A stretch of 29,685 nt of DNA, from the UHGV virus genome UHGV-0134783; one strand, 5' to 3'. This DNA comes from a virus. The notes below the pieces were generated by a model. It did not search any database. It was not told where the DNA came from and was given only the letters and a program-made list of their open reading frames with translations. Made by a program: the position numbers and the translations under genes. Numbering within the stretch: the stretch's first letter is position 1; every line of letters begins with the position of its first letter. Below are positions 26,267-29,685 of this stretch, in pieces.

Positions 26267-26826
26267 GCATCTCGTTCAAACCCACCATCAAAGACAAACG
26301 CGCCATACACGGCATCATCGAAGCCGAATGGCTCAACGAAAACCAAGCACAAGACATTCCCGATAGTGTACTACAGCACATCATCGAGTACTGCTGGCAG
26401 CGCTTCACAGACAACAACAGGTACGCTGTAGCCGCCCAATACTGGAAAGGGCCACACCAGCCAGACAACAACCACCAGCGGATCATTGTAGGCTATTTCA
26501 AAACCGCCAAACAAGCCGAAAACGCGGCCAAACAATTCCACTGGAACACCCGGATGCAACAACAATGGAAAACATGGATACTCCCAGTCCACAACGGCAC
26601 CGTATCCGAGTTTTTCACCCAACAAAAAACTTTGCTAGACGAGCAAGACGATAGCAACACCGACCAGCTGCCGGAGCATCTCCAAAACGTCATGTGCGGC
26701 AAAACACTCAACCACACAGACGGAACCGTATCGTGGTGCACACGCAAACCAGGACACGACGGCGACTGCCGCACAGGATGGCAACCCACCACACAACCGA
26801 TAGGACATCATGGCAACCAAAACTGA
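26263..26826 (+). CDS. hypothetical protein with C-terminal Cys cluster
   Basis: 187 aa, GTGA overlap start. C-terminal CGKTLNHTDGTVSWCTRKPGHDGDC. Confidence 0.6.
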   Translation: MSISFKPTIKDKRAIHGIIEAEWLNENQAQDIPDSVLQHIIEYCWQRFTDNNRYAVAAQYWKGPHQPDNNHQRIIVGYFKTAKQAENAAKQFHWNTRMQQQWKTWILPVHNGTVSEFFTQQKTLLDEQDDSNTDQLPEHLQNVMCGKTLNHTDGTVSWCTRKPGHDGDCRTGWQPTTQPIGHHGNQN

Positions 26827-27007
26827 AACCCTTATTCAACGCTACGGCAACAAGGCTGCCGACGTTCTCGCCGACAAAACCATCCCCGCCACACAGCTAG
26901 CCCTAATGCTCACCCAGGCAGGATACCCCATCTCCGCCACCGTTATAAAAGACTACCGCCGCAAACAAGCCAACACCACACCACAAAAGGAAGAGGATAC
27001 CCAGTGA
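26810..27007 (+). CDS. small helix-turn-helix-like protein
   Basis: 65 aa. TQLALMLTQAGYPISATVIKDY. Confidence 0.5.
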   Translation: MATKTETLIQRYGNKAADVLADKTIPATQLALMLTQAGYPISATVIKDYRRKQANTTPQKEEDTQ

Positions 27008-28050
27008 TAGACAATATAGACCGGCTACTCACACAGCTAGCCAACCACGACAACGCCATCGACACCATCGACGACAATATAGCAAACGGTACTGTACGCC
27101 GCACACGCATCTCCGAATGGACACTCCCCAACGGAGAAACAGGCCGATCCGTACAAAAAATCATCGACCACCAACCCGCAACCGACCCCTACCCTGTGGA
27201 CGAACTCGTCGATAAACTAGCCGAATGGACACCCCCAAAACCAGCCGACAACACCCACACCGACTATAGCAATGTTGCGTTCGTGGTAGGGGCGGGAGAC
27301 TTCCAAATCGGCAAAGGCATCCCCGGCGGAGAAACAGCACACTTCGCCGACGACTATTTGCACTCCCTCATAGTCGCAAAACACTACTGGCAACAAGCAG
27401 GCAAACCGCAACGAGTCCACATCGCATTCCTCGGCGACATGATCGAAGGATACGTGTCACAAGGCGGCAACAACGCCTGGCGAACACAAACACCCCTGAC
27501 GGAACAAATCAGGCTCACCCGCATGGCCATGATGCAACTCGTACACATGTTCGACCACTGCAAAAATGTGACCATCACATCCATCCCCGGCAACCACGGA
27601 GAAGCCGTGCGCTTCGGTAAAGGCGTCACCACCTACGATGACTCCTTCGATGTGGACTGCTGCCGCGCCATCGCAGAAGCCTACCAGCTCAACAACCAAT
27701 ACCCCAACCTTCACTTCCACTTCCCCAGCCGAGACGAAATGACCACCACCGTTGATGTGGCCGGCACACAAATCCTGCACGCCCACGGGCACCAATGGCG
27801 CACCGGCAAACAATACGAATGGTGGCGCGGCCAAGAATTCCACAACGGCACCACATCCCACATCCTCATGGCCGGGCACCGACACCACCTAGAAATCTCC
27901 GAGCAAGGACAACGCACCTTCATCCAATGCCCATCCATGGAAGGCGAATCCACATGGTTCCGGCACCGCACAGGCACCACCGGCCACCCCGGACTCGTGT
28001 GCTACACTATCAACAACAAAACACCAAACAACTACCAGATAGCCAGATGA
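27004..28050 (+). CDS. calcineurin-like metallophosphoesterase (Mre11/SbcD-like fold)
   Basis: Motifs VVGAGDF, FLGDMIEG, GNHGE, LHAHGH and GHRHH. GTGA overlap with an AAGGAAGAGGA SD. Confidence 0.75.
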   Translation: MIDNIDRLLTQLANHDNAIDTIDDNIANGTVRRTRISEWTLPNGETGRSVQKIIDHQPATDPYPVDELVDKLAEWTPPKPADNTHTDYSNVAFVVGAGDFQIGKGIPGGETAHFADDYLHSLIVAKHYWQQAGKPQRVHIAFLGDMIEGYVSQGGNNAWRTQTPLTEQIRLTRMAMMQLVHMFDHCKNVTITSIPGNHGEAVRFGKGVTTYDDSFDVDCCRAIAEAYQLNNQYPNLHFHFPSRDEMTTTVDVAGTQILHAHGHQWRTGKQYEWWRGQEFHNGTTSHILMAGHRHHLEISEQGQRTFIQCPSMEGESTWFRHRTGTTGHPGLVCYTINNKTPNNYQIAR

Positions 28051-28060
28051 AAGAGATGCC

Positions 28061-28381
28061 ATGAGCAGACGACCAACAAAAGCAGACCTAGCCACCACCG
28101 CATCGTGGGTGTGGGCCACAGACCATCATCTTCGCACACTCAACCGGGCATGCACCAAAACAGCCGGACACTACCCCGCAATCAGTGCAGACGACCTCTA
28201 CCAAGACTCCCTACTATATATTGCGGTGCGGGAACAATACCACAACCTAGACAACAAACACTACACCAAAATGTGCTACAGGGTCGCCAAACGGCTAGCC
28301 AACAAAACCATACAACACCTCGACCAACCTAAACCTTTATCCGATATCATTCATCTAGCCGACAACCAAACCAGCATTTAA
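28061..28381 (+). CDS. sigma-70/ECF region-2-like protein
   Basis: 106 aa. SADDLYQDSLLYIAVREQY...YRVAKRLANK fits the ECF region 2 pattern. N-terminal A.W[VI]W motif shared with the gene at 28681. Confidence 0.5.
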   Translation: MSRRPTKADLATTASWVWATDHHLRTLNRACTKTAGHYPAISADDLYQDSLLYIAVREQYHNLDNKHYTKMCYRVAKRLANKTIQHLDQPKPLSDIIHLADNQTSI

Positions 28382-28395
28382 AAGGAGAACCCCTC

Positions 28396-28677
28396 ATGGT
28401 TAAAACCACCATCGACGACGGAACCCAAACCACCGTGCTCCAAACAGTAGGCACCACCACCACAGCCATCATCACCAACACCGAAAACCCCGAAACCATC
28501 ACCGCCAAATACACCATCAGCAAAGACGGCACAGCCACCTACAGTATCAGCGGCAACACCTACCTCGGAGACCACCAACACATTATCAAACTCATGTACG
28601 ACTACTGCCACTGCGTCGGACGATTCGACACCACCACCAGCAACCCAGGCAACCTCGACAACCTATTCAGGGGATGA
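28396..28677 (+). CDS. Thr-rich hypothetical protein
   Basis: 93 aa. Strong AAAAGGAGAAC SD. Confidence 0.55.
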   Translation: MVKTTIDDGTQTTVLQTVGTTTTAIITNTENPETITAKYTISKDGTATYSISGNTYLGDHQHIIKLMYDYCHCVGRFDTTTSNPGNLDNLFRG

Positions 28678-28680
28678 CAC

Positions 28681-29079
28681 ATGAACCGGACCTACACCAC
28701 CGCAGAAATAATCCAAGCCGCGCAATGGATCTGGAACGGAGGCCCATGGAAACCGAGTGTCGAACCAGGAATGCCACCCCCACCAACCGCGCCACAACAC
28801 CACGGCAACAACATTGTTACCATGATCGATCTACAGCTAGCCATCGACGACTACACCCTCACCTGCCAGCCATCCAAACAGCGAAAACACTTCGCCCGAC
28901 TAGCCGCATTCCGGGAAGTCTATGGATATGACCAAACATATGCGTCGGCCGCCCAACGACTCGGAGTCACCCGGCAAACCGTGAAACAGTGGGCAGACCA
29001 AACACTCATCACCCTCACAGGCTACGCAAACAGTAGATACTATCCAGACGAAAACGACGACAGCACAGGGATGGGATAA
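28681..29079 (+). CDS. sigma-70/ECF region-4-like HTH protein
   Basis: 132 aa. QRKHFARLAAFREVYGYDQTYASAAQRLGVTRQTVKQWADQTL is a close fit to sigma region 4. Confidence 0.6.
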   Translation: MNRTYTTAEIIQAAQWIWNGGPWKPSVEPGMPPPPTAPQHHGNNIVTMIDLQLAIDDYTLTCQPSKQRKHFARLAAFREVYGYDQTYASAAQRLGVTRQTVKQWADQTLITLTGYANSRYYPDENDDSTGMG

Positions 29080-29083
29080 AACC

Positions 29084-29587
29084 ATGAACAACACACACAA
29101 TATCCCCTACACCACCCTCAACACAGCGATACACCGAATCATCCAACAACAGCCCACCAACATGCAACAGCTGGAAAACATTGTTGACAGTGTCGAAAAC
29201 CAGTACGGTGTACCCATCTCCCTCGACAACGTGAACCTTACCGTCAAAGAAGTCAGCCTCGACGATCTCGCTATCGACCAGGACACGCTAGACGAGTGCA
29301 GCGAAATCCTGTGGTTATGCGACAGTGCAGGACACCCCACAAACAACAGCGAGGACCAGAGCCCCTATGCAAGCCAGGAAGCACTAGACTGGCTCGCCGG
29401 AATCACATACCAGGCAAAACTACTGCAATCGGCGGCCGACGAGATCATGCGGTCTATCATCCGCCACCGCGACAACCACAAAAACGTTATCGGCCGGAAC
29501 GTTCTAGACCAGGCCAGCGATACTATCTCTACCTGCCTCCACCTGTATCAGATGCTCGAAGACACCATCGACCGCAACGAATCATAG
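29084..29587 (+). CDS. hypothetical acidic protein (last gene of plus-strand block)
   Basis: 167 aa. GGGATGGGA SD. Confidence 0.65.
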   Translation: MNNTHNIPYTTLNTAIHRIIQQQPTNMQQLENIVDSVENQYGVPISLDNVNLTVKEVSLDDLAIDQDTLDECSEILWLCDSAGHPTNNSEDQSPYASQEALDWLAGITYQAKLLQSAADEIMRSIIRHRDNHKNVIGRNVLDQASDTISTCLHLYQMLEDTIDRNES

Positions 29588-29609
29588 CCACACCGCATAA
29601 ACAGAAATA

Positions 29610-29658
29610 GTGCCCCAGCGGCAACCACCACACGATCGTGGCAGCACCGCTGGGGCAC
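29610..29658. terminator. bidirectional intrinsic terminator: 12-bp perfect GC-rich stem GTGCCCCAGCGG/CCGCTGGGGCAC enclosing a nested CACGATCGTG palindrome
   Basis: 23 nt after the plus-strand stop at 29587 and 15 nt after the inferred holin stop (29673-29675, minus). A U-rich tract follows on the minus-strand transcript. Sits between convergent transcription units. Confidence 0.7.
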
Positions 29659-29685
29659 ACACATATATTCAATTATGCAACAGTA

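Overview
The window reads as one complete, circularly permuted ~29.7 kb cos-type siphophage genome, given as the reverse complement of the usual orientation. It closely resembles the Cutibacterium (Propionibacterium) acnes phages (Pahexavirus-like); this identification is from memory of that family, not a database search. Positions 1-16665 carry 21 minus-strand late genes in the classic order: small terminase, large terminase, portal, head morphogenesis protein, scaffold, HK97-fold major capsid, four head-tail joining proteins, major tail protein, G/GT tail chaperones with a -1 frameshift, a 921-aa tape measure, three minor tail proteins, a small membrane protein, a collagen-like Gly-X-Y protein, an amidase endolysin and a holin. 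The holin is cut by the window start and its last codons sit at the window end. The sequence AAGCCGTACGA at 16667-16677 is the reverse complement of the 11-nt 3' cohesive end (TCGTACGGCTT) I recall for this phage group. It lies between an HNH endonuclease gene (16729-17031, minus) and the small terminase, as expected for an HNH-assisted cos packaging module. Positions 17032-19059 form a ~2 kb ORF-poor region with an AT-rich island dense in TTAAG/CTTAAG-type short repeats and several other unusual motifs. I propose this region holds the replication origin and the early and late control sites. Positions 19060-29587 hold 23 plus-strand early/replication genes, several of them translationally coupled; these are listed individually in the features. 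The block ends in a bidirectional hairpin terminator facing the lysis cassette. No integrase, repressor, tRNA or CRISPR array was seen. The most interesting signals are: a strand-composition asymmetry that ignores gene orientation (one CA-rich strand throughout, with a reversed segment bounded by cos); the motif-laden noncoding region; the split primase; and the split sigma-like module.
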